Below, in pieces: positions 35,026-44,334 of a DNA stretch of 58,777 bases. The position numbers and the translations under genes were made by a program. The notes beneath the pieces were generated by a model. The model was given only the letters and a program-made list of their open reading frames with translations. It did not search any database and was not told the DNA's origin. The DNA comes from Minisyncoccia bacterium (GTDB taxonomy: Bacteria > Patescibacteriota > Minisyncoccia > Phycocordibacterales > SBAW01). The stretch covers positions 1-58,777 of the forward strand of contig JBEKSG010000006.1 in NCBI GenBank assembly GCA_049997855.1, given 5' to 3'. Numbering within the stretch: position 1 is the first letter of the stretch; every line of letters starts with the position of its first letter.

Positions 35026-35047
35026 GCCCTGAGCAAAGTCGAAGGGC
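35026..35047 (-). repeat. CCTTCGAC-N-GCTCAGG motif, copy 3 (reverse orientation)
   Basis: The reverse complement reads gCCCTTCGACtttGCTCAGGGc. Confidence 0.6.
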
Positions 35048-35061
35048 TTTTGTTACAATAA

Positions 35062-35146
35062 GAAAGTGCAAATAATACTTTTTTAAAGCGCGCTCCGGGC
35101 CGCTAGGCCAAGTCTAACCCTTTAAAAAAGTATTATTTGCACTTTC
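35062..35146. repeat. Perfect 27-bp inverted repeat with 31-nt spacer, directly upstream of the beta-CASP gene
   Basis: GAAAGTGCAAATAATACTTTTTTAAAG (35062-35088) is the exact reverse complement of 35120-35146. The right arm ends 5 nt before the ATG at 35152. Confidence 0.9.
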
Positions 35147-35151
35147 CCACT

Positions 35152-36519
35152 ATGCAATCAACTGTCTACTTCTATGGCGCGGCGGGCTCGGTAACGGGCT
35201 CTAATTTTTTACTCGATACAGGCGCGAGCAAGATACTCATCGATTGCGGACTCTTCCAAGGCAAAAACGCAGGTGAGGAAAACAATTGGGCTAAGTTCCC
35301 GTTTGATGCTAAAGCAATACCGGTGTTGATAAACACGCACGCGCACATCGACCACATTGGCCGCATCCCACTTTTGGTAAAACGCGGCTTTAAGGGTCGC
35401 ATCATCTCCACCGAGGCAACGCGCGCGATAGCTTTGCCGCTTCTTCTCGACTGCATGAGCCTTCTCAAACACGATGCCGAGATATATGGCAAAGAGCCGC
35501 TGTATGACGAGCGTGACATCGACGCGGCCATGGCGCTGTGGGAGGGCATCCCGTATCATCAAAAAATCGATTTAGATGATAGCGTGCAGGTAGAGTTGTT
35601 AAACTCGGGACACATTTTAGGCTCGGCGATGGCAAAGTTTACTCGGGGGAGTAGCAATCTTGTTTTTACCGGCGATTTGGGTGGCGGCAACTCGCCGCTC
35701 CTGCCCCCGATAGATGATCTGACCGACGCCAACTATCTCGTGATGGAGAGTGTCTACGGCAACACAGTGCGGCCCGAGGAAGAGCAAAAGCACACGCGCG
35801 ACATGCTCGAAAATGTTATTGAAGAGAGCGTTGCGCGCTGCGGCACGCTACTTATACCCGCCTTTTCAACCGAGCGCACACAGGATTTGCTATTTGAAAT
35901 ACGCACCTTAATGGTGGAGCGGCGCGTGCCTTCGGTGCCGGTATACATCGACTCGCCCCTGGCAAAGCAAATGACCGAAGCATTTTTAGCGTACCCACAG
36001 TACTTTAGTGACGAGCTGCAACAACGCATCAAAAACGGCGAAAAAATTTTTGTTTTCCCCGAGATGCACATTGTAGAAGACGAGGATGAGTCGCGGCATC
36101 TGGGGAAAGAGCCCGGCCCTAACATCATTCTTGCCGGCTCGGGTATGAGCAATGGCGGCCGCGTTATAGGCCACGAGCGTCGTATTTTGTCCGACAAAAA
36201 ATCAACGCTCCTTATCGTGGGCTACCAGGCGGCAGGGAGCCTCGGCCGCAGGCTTGTTGAGGGTGCATCGCAGGTGGAAATTCATAAACAAAAAGTGCCC
36301 GTACACTGCCGCGTAGAGGCTATCTACGGCTACTCGGCGCACATGGATGGCGAGCAGCTGGTGGAGTTTGTAAACAAAACGAGGAGCACACTCAAAGAAG
36401 TGTTTGTGGTAATGGGCGAGCCTGTTGCTTCCGCAACACTGGTACAACATCTCCGCGACTACTTGAGCGTTAAAGCCATTGCGCCCGAAGCAGGAGAGAG
36501 CGCCACAATTGAGCTATAA
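35152..36519 (+). CDS. MBL-fold beta-CASP ribonuclease (RNase J/CPSF-like)
   Basis: YFYGAAGSVTGSN and HAHIDHIGRIP (HxHxDH) motifs plus beta-CASP and RNA-specificity regions. Confidence 0.85.
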   Translation: MQSTVYFYGAAGSVTGSNFLLDTGASKILIDCGLFQGKNAGEENNWAKFPFDAKAIPVLINTHAHIDHIGRIPLLVKRGFKGRIISTEATRAIALPLLLDCMSLLKHDAEIYGKEPLYDERDIDAAMALWEGIPYHQKIDLDDSVQVELLNSGHILGSAMAKFTRGSSNLVFTGDLGGGNSPLLPPIDDLTDANYLVMESVYGNTVRPEEEQKHTRDMLENVIEESVARCGTLLIPAFSTERTQDLLFEIRTLMVERRVPSVPVYIDSPLAKQMTEAFLAYPQYFSDELQQRIKNGEKIFVFPEMHIVEDEDESRHLGKEPGPNIILAGSGMSNGGRVIGHERRILSDKKSTLLIVGYQAAGSLGRRLVEGASQVEIHKQKVPVHCRVEAIYGYSAHMDGEQLVEFVNKTRSTLKEVFVVMGEPVASATLVQHLRDYLSVKAIAPEAGESATIEL

Positions 36520-36528
36520 TACATAAAC

Positions 36529-37158
36529 ATGGATCCGATAAATAAAACTTCTACGGTTGACCCAAAAAATCTGCATCTCCACATCAAACTCGGCGTATCC
36601 GGCGCCGCCGAGACCGGCCACTGTGGCGTCGACGCATACGACAAAGGCATCGCGCTTGGCCGAGAGATTGCCGAGCACGGCGCCGTGTGCGTCACCGGCG
36701 CGACTACCGGCTTCCCGCTGTGGGTGGCAATGGGCGCCAAAACGGCAGGCGGATTTGTCATTGGATTTTCTCCCGCAAGTTCCGAAAAAGAGCATATCGA
36801 GCAGTACAATCTGCCGGTGGAGTATCACGACCTTATCGTGTACACCGGCTTTGGCTATCCGGGGCGCGACCTGATTTTTACGCGCTCGGTCGACGGCATG
36901 TTTTTTGGCTGCGGGCGCATCGGCACGATACACGAGTTTACGGTTGCCTTTGAGGACGCCAAGCCGATCGGCGTGTACGAGGGCGGATGGCCCACCGCCG
37001 ATGAAATAAAAAATATTTTAGCCAACGGTCACCGGCCCAATGACCACATACGCTTTGGTGCCGACCCAAAAGTGCTGGTGGAAGAGATACTCGCGCTGGT
37101 AAAAAAAGACCAAATAAATAGAGCCTCGTTTAGATTCGAAAACCCCGCAGAGACTTAA
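36529..37158 (+). CDS. TIGR00725/LOG-like (SLOG Rossmann) family protein
   Basis: 209-aa ORF; GVSGAA and VTGATTGFPLWVAMGAKTAGG..IGFSP pattern. Confidence 0.6.
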   Translation: MDPINKTSTVDPKNLHLHIKLGVSGAAETGHCGVDAYDKGIALGREIAEHGAVCVTGATTGFPLWVAMGAKTAGGFVIGFSPASSEKEHIEQYNLPVEYHDLIVYTGFGYPGRDLIFTRSVDGMFFGCGRIGTIHEFTVAFEDAKPIGVYEGGWPTADEIKNILANGHRPNDHIRFGADPKVLVEEILALVKKDQINRASFRFENPAET

Positions 37159-37508
37159 GAAACTTTGGAGACTACTCTCGCAAAGGTTTCGGGAGATTTT
37201 TGGGCGAGCTCGGCAAGCATTTTGCGATTCAGCAAGACGCCTTTTTTCTTGAGGGCGTCGATAAACTTGCTGTAGGAGAGTGTACCCTCGCCGACATTAT
37301 CGAGGCCGGCATTGATGCGGACGTTCCACAGCTTGCGAAAGTCGTTTTTCTTGTCGCGGCGGTGTGCAAAAGCCGACTTGCCGGCATGAAAGATCGCCTC
37401 TTTTGCGGCGCGCTCCTTTTTGCTGCGCGCAAAGCGATAGCCTTTGACCGTTTTAAGGACATTGTGGCGGCGCTTTAACGAATTAACTCCTCCTTTTACT
37501 CTGGACAT
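37155..37508 (-). CDS. rplT: 50S ribosomal protein L20
   Basis: MSRVKGGVNSLKRRHNVLK... start; 117 aa. Confidence 0.95.
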   Translation of the reverse strand: MSRVKGGVNSLKRRHNVLKTVKGYRFARSKKERAAKEAIFHAGKSAFAHRRDKKNDFRKLWNVRINAGLDNVGEGTLSYSKFIDALKKKGVLLNRKMLAELAQKSPETFARVVSKVS

Positions 37509-37511
37509 AGA

Positions 37512-37712
37512 TTAATTCTTTGACTTTGCAGCCGTTTTAATAAAGCGCTGGGATACTTTGGGTGTCACCGAGTAGCTTTGTGTGCGGTTGGTACCCATTT
37601 GGGTGCGGCGGCTCTCCTTGGCGTTAAAATGGTTTTGGCCGGGATGGCGTGCGGTAAGCTTGCCATTTTTGCTGATTTTGAGGCGCTTGGTAAATGATTT
37701 GTTGGTTTTCAT
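37512..37712 (-). CDS. rpmI: 50S ribosomal protein L35
   Basis: 66-aa basic ORF in the canonical infC-rpmI-rplT order. Confidence 0.9.
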   Translation of the reverse strand: MKTNKSFTKRLKISKNGKLTARHPGQNHFNAKESRRTQMGTNRTQSYSVTPKVSQRFIKTAAKSKN

Positions 37713-37758
37713 GCGATTTTGTCGAAATCGTGCCGCGCAATCGTCCTTTTGGCGCGGC
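37713..37758 (-). repeat. 45-nt two-hairpin leader element, copy 3 (upstream of rpmI)
   Basis: The minus strand reads gccgcgccaaaaggacgattgcgcggcacgatttcgacaaaatcgc, immediately followed by the rpmI ATG. Confidence 0.9.
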
Positions 37759-37767
37759 CTATTAATC

Positions 37768-38289
37768 TTACAATACTTTCTTTCCTGTTTTTTCTATCAC
37801 TGTGCTCAAGCCCTTGGGGCTCTTGCCGATAGGCTCGGCGAGTTTAAACTCCGCCGGGATAAGCTTGAGAAACCGCTCGAGCCGCTCCTTTAAAAAGGCA
37901 AACTCCATGTACTTGTAGCGCCCCCACAAAAAGAGATCTACTTTAACACGATGTCCCTCGACGAGCCATTCCGCGGCCCGCTTTGCCTTAAGCGCCATAT
38001 CGTTGTCGCCGGTGCCTATTTTTACCTGGACGGACTTCGTTTCGGTGGCGTGCGATTTAGCCTTTATTTCACGGCGTTTTTTCTCTTGCTCGTAAGAGAA
38101 TTTACCATATTCCATTATTTTTGCAACCGGCGGAGTAGCATTAGGCGATATCTCAATAAGATCGAGGCCCAGCTCCTCGGCGTGGGCGAGGGCATCAGAG
38201 AGGCTGATGACGCCTATATTTTCCCCCTCGGGGCCTATAACGCGCACCTCGGCGGCGCGTATTTGATGATTGATGCGAGTAGTATCCAA
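37768..38289 (-). CDS. infC: Translation initiation factor IF-3
   Basis: 173-aa ORF; INHQIRAAEVRVIGPEGENIGV, and N- and C-domains recognisable. Confidence 0.93.
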   Translation of the reverse strand: MDTTRINHQIRAAEVRVIGPEGENIGVISLSDALAHAEELGLDLIEISPNATPPVAKIMEYGKFSYEQEKKRREIKAKSHATETKSVQVKIGTGDNDMALKAKRAAEWLVEGHRVKVDLFLWGRYKYMEFAFLKERLERFLKLIPAEFKLAEPIGKSPKGLSTVIEKTGKKVL

Positions 38290-38393
38290 AGCGTGTATGG
38301 ACTTTAGTATAGCACCATTTGGGTTTTTGGGTAAGGTGCCATAAACAAAAATCCGCGCATGATGCGCGGATTTTTGTGCGCCTATTGCGCGCT

Positions 38394-38957
38394 CTATTTT
38401 ATGTTAAGCCCTTGCACGATCGTCTGAATGTCGGCGCGCGCGGCGTTTGCGTATCTTTGAGCCACTTTGAGCTGGTTAAACGACGCCGTAATGGTGGCGC
38501 TGGTTAAGGAAGTTGTGACGTTTTTGGAAGCGGCGCTCGCTTGCGAGGTCATGTTTGAGACCTGCGTCGCGAGATCCTTAAGAGCTGCTTGCAACCCGGC
38601 TACCGATGAGCCTGCGGTTTGCGCGTTGGTGATGCGCGGCCTGAGTTCAACCGCGAGCTTGTTAAAGGTAACTGCCGCCGCGCTTATGTTTGCGGCAATC
38701 GTACCGATTTGCTGCTTCGAAGGCGCGGTACTTGCCGCAATGCCGCTCCCGATAGCTGCAATCTGCATGTCCAGAGTCGCCACGTCCGTTTTGATTATTG
38801 AATCCTGTCCAGCCATGCTGTTTACACTCGTCGTTACCGCCGCCGGCTGTGTTGTCGCCGGTGCCGGTGTGAGAGAACTAAAGACACCGCTGTACCACAA
38901 GGCAAGCAGTATAATAATGATAATGATTATCGCCCAGACCCATTGTTTTGTCGACAT
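38394..38957 (-). CDS. Membrane-anchored Ala/Thr/Ser-rich hypothetical protein
   Basis: 187-aa ORF with one N-terminal TM segment (WAIIIIIIILLALW) and a low-complexity helical ectodomain. Confidence 0.55.
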   Translation of the reverse strand: MSTKQWVWAIIIIIIILLALWYSGVFSSLTPAPATTQPAAVTTSVNSMAGQDSIIKTDVATLDMQIAAIGSGIAASTAPSKQQIGTIAANISAAAVTFNKLAVELRPRITNAQTAGSSVAGLQAALKDLATQVSNMTSQASAASKNVTTSLTSATITASFNQLKVAQRYANAARADIQTIVQGLNIK

Positions 38958-38986
38958 ATGAAATATTTACCTATAATGATAATTAA

Positions 38987-40636
38987 ATGAACCGCACACC
39001 TAGTATACCTCAGATGCACCGAGCGCACCTGGGGGTTGGGGATTACGGGGCGGCGCTCCTCCTTGCAGGAATTTTGGTATTGTGGCTTATAGTTGCTATT
39101 GCCCCTATGGCAGCCGGTGCTCGCACCACAGCGCCCGCTCTCGCACCTCTGCCGGTGGGCCAAGCGTCGTTTGATTACAACCCCTTAACCTCGCTCAAAG
39201 CAAACCCCACCATAACCGGCAGTGCCTCGTCCTCGGTACCGCTCAGCTTTATAGTTACCGACGCAAAGGGAGCCGTGATGTATAACGACCAGAGCCTGTG
39301 GGTCTCGGGCGGCCTCTTTAGCGAGACTATTTATCCACCTATTGCAAACGGTACCTATCTCCTTGGCATACATATGGGCAGCACCACGCTTGCCACCAGT
39401 ACGCTTACAATAGGCTTGCGGACCGAGCCCTCTGTTTCGCTCGACGGCTCACTCCCCTCGTATGACGTAGCCGACGGGCATCTCATGCGCTTTACGATAC
39501 AGGCGCGCGGCACGAGCGGGGTGGGGGTTGGACAGCTTTCTTTTGCTATCGTGCCAAACGCCGCCGCCGTTCAAGATATTTCGCTCTATGGGTATACCGA
39601 CCCAAATTTTACAATCCCAATTATTGCCAGTAGCACGGGCCTTCTTAACAGCACCTCTACCGAGATAAGCGCAACCTCGTCGGTGATTACTATTGTCCCC
39701 GACATACCCATAGAGATACCAGCGGACGATACGTACTACTTTGATTTGGTTGGCACGGTGACGCCGCTCGATGCTGTGTACGATGTTGAGACCACGCTCC
39801 TTAACGACACCAACCCGCACTTTGGCGTGTATAGCGACATTGCTTCGACAAGCAACTTGGTGTGGTCGCCCAATACCTACGGCGTGTCTTCGCCCGACAT
39901 GCATGATTGGATCAACGGCGCCCTTGTGAACGGAGTACCACAGAATGGCTTGATAGAAGTGCGCACCAATCCGCCGCCGACCAATGCGCCCACGTGTACG
40001 CTGGGGGCAAGCACAAGCACCGCCCCGCAAGGTACGCCGGTGACGCTCACGTGGAGTACGACCGATGCAACCAGCGTTGTGTGGGACACGGGCGCGCGGG
40101 ATGCTCTCTTCGGCACTAAAACCTACATGCTCGGCTCAACCACGCATACCTATATTTTGAACGTGTCCGGTCCATACGGACAGAGCAATTGTTTTACCAC
40201 CGTGGTGGTGCCGAGCACAGTGGTTGTAGCAACCACCACCGCCGATGGATTTACCGCATCGCCTACAACAGGCAGTATTCCGCTCTCGGTTACCTTTGCG
40301 GGCTCGGTTAACAACGCCAAGTCGTGCGCGGCGCAAACATTTTCTCTCGGATATGGCGACGGCGCCACGAGCACTATCGCCGTCTCCGCAAACTCGTGCA
40401 AAGCGCAAGCGTTTACTTTTACGCACAGCTACACCAAAGTGGGCACTACCACCGCGGGGTTGTATAAAGGCACGGGCACCTCGACCGCGCAACGCATCCA
40501 AACGCAGGTGATAGTGGCAAAAGCAAAAGTTGCTTTGTTTGGAGGGGGCGTCTCCAATTTAGCCAACGTACTCTTTGCGATAAGTTCCAACATGGTGCAG
40601 ATAATAGAACGATTCTTCGGCATATTTTGGCGATAG
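38987..40636 (+). CDS. Large surface protein with Ig/PKD-like domains
   Basis: 549-aa ORF with an N-terminal TM/signal segment, Thr/Ser-rich beta-type repeats, a PKD-like block (IPLSVTFAGS...FTHSYTKVG) and a hydrophobic C-terminus. Confidence 0.6.
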   Translation: MNRTPSIPQMHRAHLGVGDYGAALLLAGILVLWLIVAIAPMAAGARTTAPALAPLPVGQASFDYNPLTSLKANPTITGSASSSVPLSFIVTDAKGAVMYNDQSLWVSGGLFSETIYPPIANGTYLLGIHMGSTTLATSTLTIGLRTEPSVSLDGSLPSYDVADGHLMRFTIQARGTSGVGVGQLSFAIVPNAAAVQDISLYGYTDPNFTIPIIASSTGLLNSTSTEISATSSVITIVPDIPIEIPADDTYYFDLVGTVTPLDAVYDVETTLLNDTNPHFGVYSDIASTSNLVWSPNTYGVSSPDMHDWINGALVNGVPQNGLIEVRTNPPPTNAPTCTLGASTSTAPQGTPVTLTWSTTDATSVVWDTGARDALFGTKTYMLGSTTHTYILNVSGPYGQSNCFTTVVVPSTVVVATTTADGFTASPTTGSIPLSVTFAGSVNNAKSCAAQTFSLGYGDGATSTIAVSANSCKAQAFTFTHSYTKVGTTTAGLYKGTGTSTAQRIQTQVIVAKAKVALFGGGVSNLANVLFAISSNMVQIIERFFGIFWR

Positions 40637-40655
40637 GAGATAAAGCGATAGACAG

Positions 40656-40901
40656 TTAAAACAAAGAGGGAAGGCCAAACGACAGCAGTATCGTGATAAA
40701 CATAAAAAATAAAAACGTAAGCGCGCCTGTTTGAAAGGCCTGTATAAGTGGCTTTCTCTTTTCCGCATAGTGGCGCGACATCTCCATATAATTAATAAGA
40801 AACGCAACCAACCCCGCGAGGATAGAAAACACCGAGCCCCAGACCAAGAGGAAAGAGAAGAGCATGCCTTTAGTATGGCACACATTGCATGATTTTTTCA
40901 T
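40656..40901 (-). CDS. Small membrane protein with an N-terminal CxxCH motif
   Basis: 81-aa ORF; MKKSCNVCH followed by 2-3 hydrophobic segments. Confidence 0.45.
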   Translation of the reverse strand: MKKSCNVCHTKGMLFSFLLVWGSVFSILAGLVAFLINYMEMSRHYAEKRKPLIQAFQTGALTFLFFMFITILLSFGLPSLF

Positions 40902-40972
40902 GTAATGCTGGTTAAGTTTGCGCTATACTATAAAGGTAAAAATAAGTTCGCATTATTTATTAGGTATAAAAA

Positions 40973-41287
40973 ATGGCAAAAGATATGGACAAAGAGCATG
41001 GCGAGGGGTGCGGGTGTCACGGGGGAGTGTGCGGAAGCATGTGGGGTCATCATCACTGGGGCCACATGCTTATCAAACTGTTTATTGTGTTGTTTATATT
41101 TTGGGCGGGCATGCAGTTTGGCGAACTTAAAGCAACGGTAGACAACATGACAGGCGGCATGGGGCTATATGGGCACACATACTACATGATGAATTCGGGA
41201 GGAAGTATGATGGGCGGCGGATATACCGCTCCAGCGGGCGTTAGCGTACAAATGATGCGCGTCGCCACGGGCACTCCTCGTCAATAA
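40973..41287 (+). CDS. Cys/His-rich, Met/Gly-rich single-pass membrane protein (possible metal binding)
   Basis: 104-aa ORF; HGEGCGCHGGVCGSMWGHHHWGH, one TM segment, then a Met/Gly-rich tail. Confidence 0.5.
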   Translation: MAKDMDKEHGEGCGCHGGVCGSMWGHHHWGHMLIKLFIVLFIFWAGMQFGELKATVDNMTGGMGLYGHTYYMMNSGGSMMGGGYTAPAGVSVQMMRVATGTPRQ

Positions 41288-41307
41288 TTAATTTCGTATA
41301 GTAAAAC

Positions 41308-41339
41308 AAAAAACACCCTTGAGGGGTGTTTTTTGTTTT
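41308..41339 (+). terminator. Rho-independent terminator
   Basis: AAAAAACACCC-ttgag-GGGTGTTTTTT. Confidence 0.75.
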
Positions 41340-41401
41340 GTGCGGCGCCAAAATAAAAATTTCGGCATCCTACAAAATTATAGTCGCTTCGCTTCTTAAT
41401 T

Positions 41402-41776
41402 TGGTGGAGATGGCGCGAGTTGAACGCGCGTGCAATGAAGTGTCGCAGAGAGCTTCTACCAGGTGTAGGACATTTTAATTTTCTTAGGCTCTTATGTTTA
41501 AAATGAGCAAAATCATTTTGAGCCGCAGATTGCAAGTTTCGGCAAATGGTCGAATCAACCCCACTCGCTATATCCTGTTTTATAACATCCTACATCCGCG
41601 ATCAGGCCACGCGGAGAAGATGCGAAGTCCTTAGGCTAATGCGTAAGAGACCTCGTTCGCCGAGAAATACGGCGATGCAACTGACTTTGCAGTTATGGTT
41701 ACCGGATTTTTAAGAAGGTCCGGACTTCTACCTCGCACTCGGTGCAAAGGCTTCATTGTCTAGGCCCGGCATCCCC
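41402..41776 (-). ncRNA. ssrA: Transfer-messenger RNA (tmRNA)
   Basis: The 5' GGGGAUG pairs with the 3' CAUCUCC-ACCA (G3:U pair). T-arm GCGCG-UUCAACU-CGCGC. Tag reading frame GCA AAG UCA GUU GCA UCG CCG UAU UUC UCG GCG AAC GAG GUC UCU UAC GCA UUA GCC UAA (..SYALA*). Lies 4 nt downstream of smpB. Confidence 0.9.
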
Positions 41777-41780
41777 ATAG

Positions 41781-42242
41781 TTATTGATTTTTCAACGTGC
41801 GTTGTATGTCGCGCTTGGCACTGCGCTCTTTTAAGACGGAGCGCTTGTCGTACTTTTTACGACCTTTGGCTATCGCCACGCGCATCTTTACCTTTGAATT
41901 TTTATTGTACACCGTCAAAGGCACTATTGTCAATCCTTTTTGTCCTTCGGCGTCGGCAAGTTTTACCAATTCTTTTTTGGTGAGGAGCAACTTACGCGAG
42001 CGGCTGGAGTCGTACTCCTTTGGCGTGTTTGCCGGCTGGTAGGGAGGGATGTCCATGCCCACAATGTAGGCTTCGAGGCCGCCGCGCCGCCCGCTCGGGC
42101 GCACTATGATATGTGCGCCCTCAAGCTTGCCGTGGCGCGCCCTCAGCGATTTTACCTCATGACCAAGCAGCTCGATACCCGCCTCAAACTCTTCGAGGGT
42201 CTCGTAGTCAAAATGCGCCTTTTTATGCTCAAGCAAATTCAC
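41781..42242 (-). CDS. smpB: SsrA-binding protein SmpB
   Basis: 153-aa ORF; KKAHFDYE, GIELLGHEVKSLR, and RKLLL motifs. Confidence 0.94.
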   Translation of the reverse strand: MNLLEHKKAHFDYETLEEFEAGIELLGHEVKSLRARHGKLEGAHIIVRPSGRRGGLEAYIVGMDIPPYQPANTPKEYDSSRSRKLLLTKKELVKLADAEGQKGLTIVPLTVYNKNSKVKMRVAIAKGRKKYDKRSVLKERSAKRDIQRTLKNQ

Positions 42243-42309
42243 GTACTGACTATATCACTTTTTTATGTTCCTTTGCCAAAACACGTAAAAATGTTATTAT
42301 GCGGTATTC

Positions 42310-44268
42310 ATGCCAAATCCTAACGCTAAACCAGGCAAACCGGGGAAGGGAGGCAAGGGCTCTAAGATGCCGCCGATGCCAAACGGCGACTCCTTTTGGA
42401 TAAACCTCGCCACCTCGGTTGTTCTGCTCCTCCTTTTGGCGGGGGCCTATGCCTACTTCGAAACGAGCAATAAGCCTGCACCCGCCACCATCTCTATCTC
42501 ACAAGTGGCGCAGGATATCGAAGCGGGCAAAGTGTCCGGCATCAGCGTCAACGGCGATGATCTCAATGTGCTCTACAACGATGCGTCTTCGACGCAAAAA
42601 GTTTCCAAAAAAGAGCCCGACACCGCGCTCACGCAAACGCTTTTTAATTACGGCGTTACGGGCGCCGAGCTCAACAAGGTAACCATTACTATCGCAAGCC
42701 AAAGCGGCTGGGAGTTTTGGTTCCAGATGCTCGCGCCGTTTGCCGCACCGCTCCTCCTCATTGCATTTTTTGTCTGGTATCTCTCACGGCAGGTGCGCGG
42801 CGCGGGGATGCAAGCGTTTTCGTTCGGGCAAAGCAAGCCGCGATTGATTGATCCCAACGATGTTGCGTCGCGAGTTACCTTTAAAGATGTGGCGGGCGCC
42901 AAGGAGGCCAAAGAGGAATTGCTCGAAATTGTCGACTTCTTAAAAAATCCCAAAAAGTTCTTGGACATCGGTGCGCGCATACCCAAAGGCATCTTGCTTA
43001 TGGGTGCGCCCGGCACCGGCAAAACTTTACTCGCGCGCGCGGTGGCGGGCGAGGCGGGCGTGCCGTTTTTTAGCATCTCCGGCTCGGAGTTTGTCGAGAT
43101 GTTTGTCGGCGTCGGCGCCAGCCGCGTGCGCGATCTTTTCCTCACCGCTAAAAAAGCCGCACCGGCGATTATTTTTGTCGACGAAATAGACGCGGTGGGT
43201 CGCGTGCGCGGCACCGGCGTCGGCGGCGGCAACGACGAGCGCGAGCAGACCCTCAATCAAATCTTGGTGGAGATGGATGGCTTTGAGCCGAATGAAAAGG
43301 TGATTGTCATGGCGGCCACCAACCGCCCCGACGTTTTGGACCCTGCCTTATTGCGCCCGGGGCGTTTTGACCGGCGCGTAGTGATAGAGCTTCCGGACCG
43401 GGCCGATCGTTTGGAAATTTTAAAAATACACTCGCGCAAAAAGCCGTTTGCCGAGGATGTAAACCTCGAGGTGGTGGCCGAGCGCACGCCGGGCTTCTCC
43501 GGCGCCGATCTCTTTAGCCTTATGAACGAGGGCGCAATCTTGGCCGCGCGCGAAAATCGCAAAACGGTCGCGCAATATGATTTAATCCGCAGCATCGAAA
43601 AGGTCATGCTCGGTCCGGAGCGCAAGAGCCATGTGCTCAACAAAAAAGAAAAAGAGATAACCGCCTACCACGAGGCGGGGCATGCACTCGTAGCATCGCT
43701 TTTGCCGCACGCCGACCCGGTGCACAAGATATCTATCATCAGCCGCGGTCGCGCCGCGGGCTACACGCTCAAATTACCGTTTGAGGATAGGCGTATGCAG
43801 GGCAAAAAAGAATTTTTGGACGACATTGCCATGAGCCTTGGCGGTTATGTGGCCGAAAGAGAGGTGTTTGGCGACGTCACCACCGGCCCGAGCAGCGATT
43901 TGCAAATGCTGACCGCGCTTGCGCGCAACATGGTAACGCGCTGGGGCATGAGCGATAAGATGGGTACCGTTGCGCTCGAAGGCGAGGGCGGTCACGCACT
44001 TTTTGGCGCTGGCGTTGAAGGCAGCCCGTATTCCGAAAAGATTTCCGGCGAGATAGATGGTGAGGTAAAGCGCATCGTCGACGAGGCATACAAAAAAGCA
44101 CTGGACATCATCACGATGCATCGCAAAGCGCTCGACGCGATTGCCAAGCGCCTCATCGCGGTGGAGACACTCGAGCGCGAGGAGTTTGAGCAAATTCTTG
44201 TCGTGCACGGCATAGCGCCAAAAAAGAGACAGGAGATAATAGAAGAGCCTCTCAATGTCAACTTTTAG
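42310..44268 (+). CDS. ftsH: ATP-dependent zinc metalloprotease FtsH
   Basis: 652-aa ORF; two TM segments, Walker A GAPGTGKT, second region of homology, and HEAGHA zinc site. Confidence 0.97.
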   Translation: MPNPNAKPGKPGKGGKGSKMPPMPNGDSFWINLATSVVLLLLLAGAYAYFETSNKPAPATISISQVAQDIEAGKVSGISVNGDDLNVLYNDASSTQKVSKKEPDTALTQTLFNYGVTGAELNKVTITIASQSGWEFWFQMLAPFAAPLLLIAFFVWYLSRQVRGAGMQAFSFGQSKPRLIDPNDVASRVTFKDVAGAKEAKEELLEIVDFLKNPKKFLDIGARIPKGILLMGAPGTGKTLLARAVAGEAGVPFFSISGSEFVEMFVGVGASRVRDLFLTAKKAAPAIIFVDEIDAVGRVRGTGVGGGNDEREQTLNQILVEMDGFEPNEKVIVMAATNRPDVLDPALLRPGRFDRRVVIELPDRADRLEILKIHSRKKPFAEDVNLEVVAERTPGFSGADLFSLMNEGAILAARENRKTVAQYDLIRSIEKVMLGPERKSHVLNKKEKEITAYHEAGHALVASLLPHADPVHKISIISRGRAAGYTLKLPFEDRRMQGKKEFLDDIAMSLGGYVAEREVFGDVTTGPSSDLQMLTALARNMVTRWGMSDKMGTVALEGEGGHALFGAGVEGSPYSEKISGEIDGEVKRIVDEAYKKALDIITMHRKALDAIAKRLIAVETLEREEFEQILVVHGIAPKKRQEIIEEPLNVNF

Positions 44269-44288
44269 TCCCGACCAAAGCGTCGGGA
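44269..44288 (+). repeat. CCCGAC hairpin repeat, copy 4
   Basis: TCCCGACcaaagcGTCGGGA, immediately after the ftsH stop. A degenerate second hairpin follows. Confidence 0.7.
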
Positions 44289-44334
44289 TTTTTAAAATAA
44301 AAATCCCCGGCCTTATGGTCGGAGATGCTTTTTG

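Noticed and set aside
13574-44288. Whether the many short repeats constitute a CRISPR array.
   Set aside because: The copies are dispersed over 30 kb and individually palindromic, belong to several unrelated families, and are not separated by regular unique spacers. No cas genes are present.
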